From Isurus oxyrinchus (Eukaryota), in the NCBI GenBank assembly GCA_026770705.1, contig JANJGN010000011.1, positions 105,090,001 to 105,154,000 on the forward strand: a stretch of 64,000 bases of DNA, written 5' to 3'. Positions 62,898-64,000 of the stretch are shown here, piece after piece. The position numbers and the translations under genes are program-made. The notes beneath the pieces are model-generated. The model did no database searches and had not been told where the DNA came from. It saw nothing but the letters and a program-made list of their open reading frames with translations. How positions within the stretch are numbered: position 1 is the stretch's first letter; every line of letters begins with the position of its first letter.

Positions 62898-64000
62898 GGA
62901 CTTAGTTTCATACCCTTACGCCCTCTTCTCAATGAATTTCGAGCTCAGCACGATGCTGAACTCTTCTTCCGCCGTCTTCGTCTCCGGGCTCACTTCTTTG
63001 GGCAGAAGTCCTCTCCCCGTTCAATGGATCCTTTTACCCACCTCCAATATTCTCCCTCCACCTGGACCCCTCCCTCTGGATTCTTACCTTCTCTTGATCT
63101 TTTCATTGAGAACTGTCGGTGTGACATTAGTCATCTCAATTTCTCTGCTCCTCTCACCCATTCTAATCTCTCTCTCTCTGAACTTGCTGCACTCCGTTCT
63201 CTCAGGTCCAACCCCAACATTGTCATCAAACCCGCTGACAAGGGTGGTGCTGTTGTTGTCTGGCGCACTGACCTCTACCTCACGGAGGCTGAGCATCAAC
63301 TCGCAGATACTTCCTCCTACCTCTCCCTGGACCATTACCCCATCACTAAACATCAAGCCATTGTTTCCAGGACTGTCACTGACCTCATCTCCTCTGGAGA
63401 TCTTCCTCCTACAGCTTCCAATCTGATTGTCGCCCAACCTCGGACGGCCCGCTTCTACCTCCTACCCAAAATCCACAAACAGAACTGTCCCGGTAGACCG
63501 ATCGTGTCAGCCTGCTCCTGCCCCACGGAACTCATTTCTTGTTATCTTGACTCCCTTCTCTATCCTTTTCTCCAGTCCCTTCCCACCTACATCCGTGATT
63601 CCTCTGACACCTTAGGTCACATCAAAAAATTCCAGTTCCCTGGCCCAAACCGCTTCCTCTTCACCATGGACGTCCAATCCCTCTACACCTCCATCCCCCA
63701 CCAGGATGGTCTGAGGGCCCTTAGATTCTTCCTCAAACAGAGGCCCGAACAATCCCCATCCAACACTAATCTCGTCCGTCTGGCTGAACTTGTTCTCACA
63801 CTGAACAATTTCTCCTTTAACTCCTCTCACTTCCTCCAAATAAAAGGTGTGGCTATGGGTACCCACATGGGCCCCAGCTATGCCTATCTCTTTATGGGGT
63901 ACGTGGAACATTCCTTGTTCCAGTCCTACTCCGGCCCCCTTCCACAACTCTTTCGACGGTACATCAATGATTACTTCGGTGCTGCTTCATGCTCTTCTCG
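62898..64000 (+). mobile_element. Inverted second Penelope copy (runs off right edge)
   Basis: Reverse complement of 61355-62456 with scattered substitutions. Confidence 0.95.

Noticed and set aside
60642-63426. Long alternative-frame ORFs (288, 240, 164 aa)
   Set aside because: These are overlapping frames of Penelope RT sequence with no independent motifs.

Overview
Eukaryotic, repeat-dense genomic DNA. The repeat repertoire suggests a cartilaginous fish (inference only). I found no confident host protein-coding gene, and almost all listed ORFs are decayed transposon fragments or spurious. The window holds four Ty3/Gypsy LTR elements plus solo LTRs, Penelope-like elements (RT + GIY-YIG) and their short hammerhead-ribozyme-bearing 3' ends with 12-14 bp TSDs, PIF/Harbinger transposons (transposase + spliced Myb/SANT gene) and MITEs, a near full-length RTE LINE broken by nested insertions, and many CR1/L2 fragments. 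Most notable: two different defective Gypsy elements (28410-33447 +, 42000-44462 -) each carry a mutually homologous, non-retroviral coiled-coil cargo in place of much of gag/pol. The cargo resembles the UACA/RAI14 coiled-coil family and is preceded by a 39-bp (13-aa) tandem array in one copy. Also notable: palindromic hammerhead mini-elements and a recurrent non-canonical hammerhead core. Coordinates were read by eye, and boundaries of old repeats are approximate.
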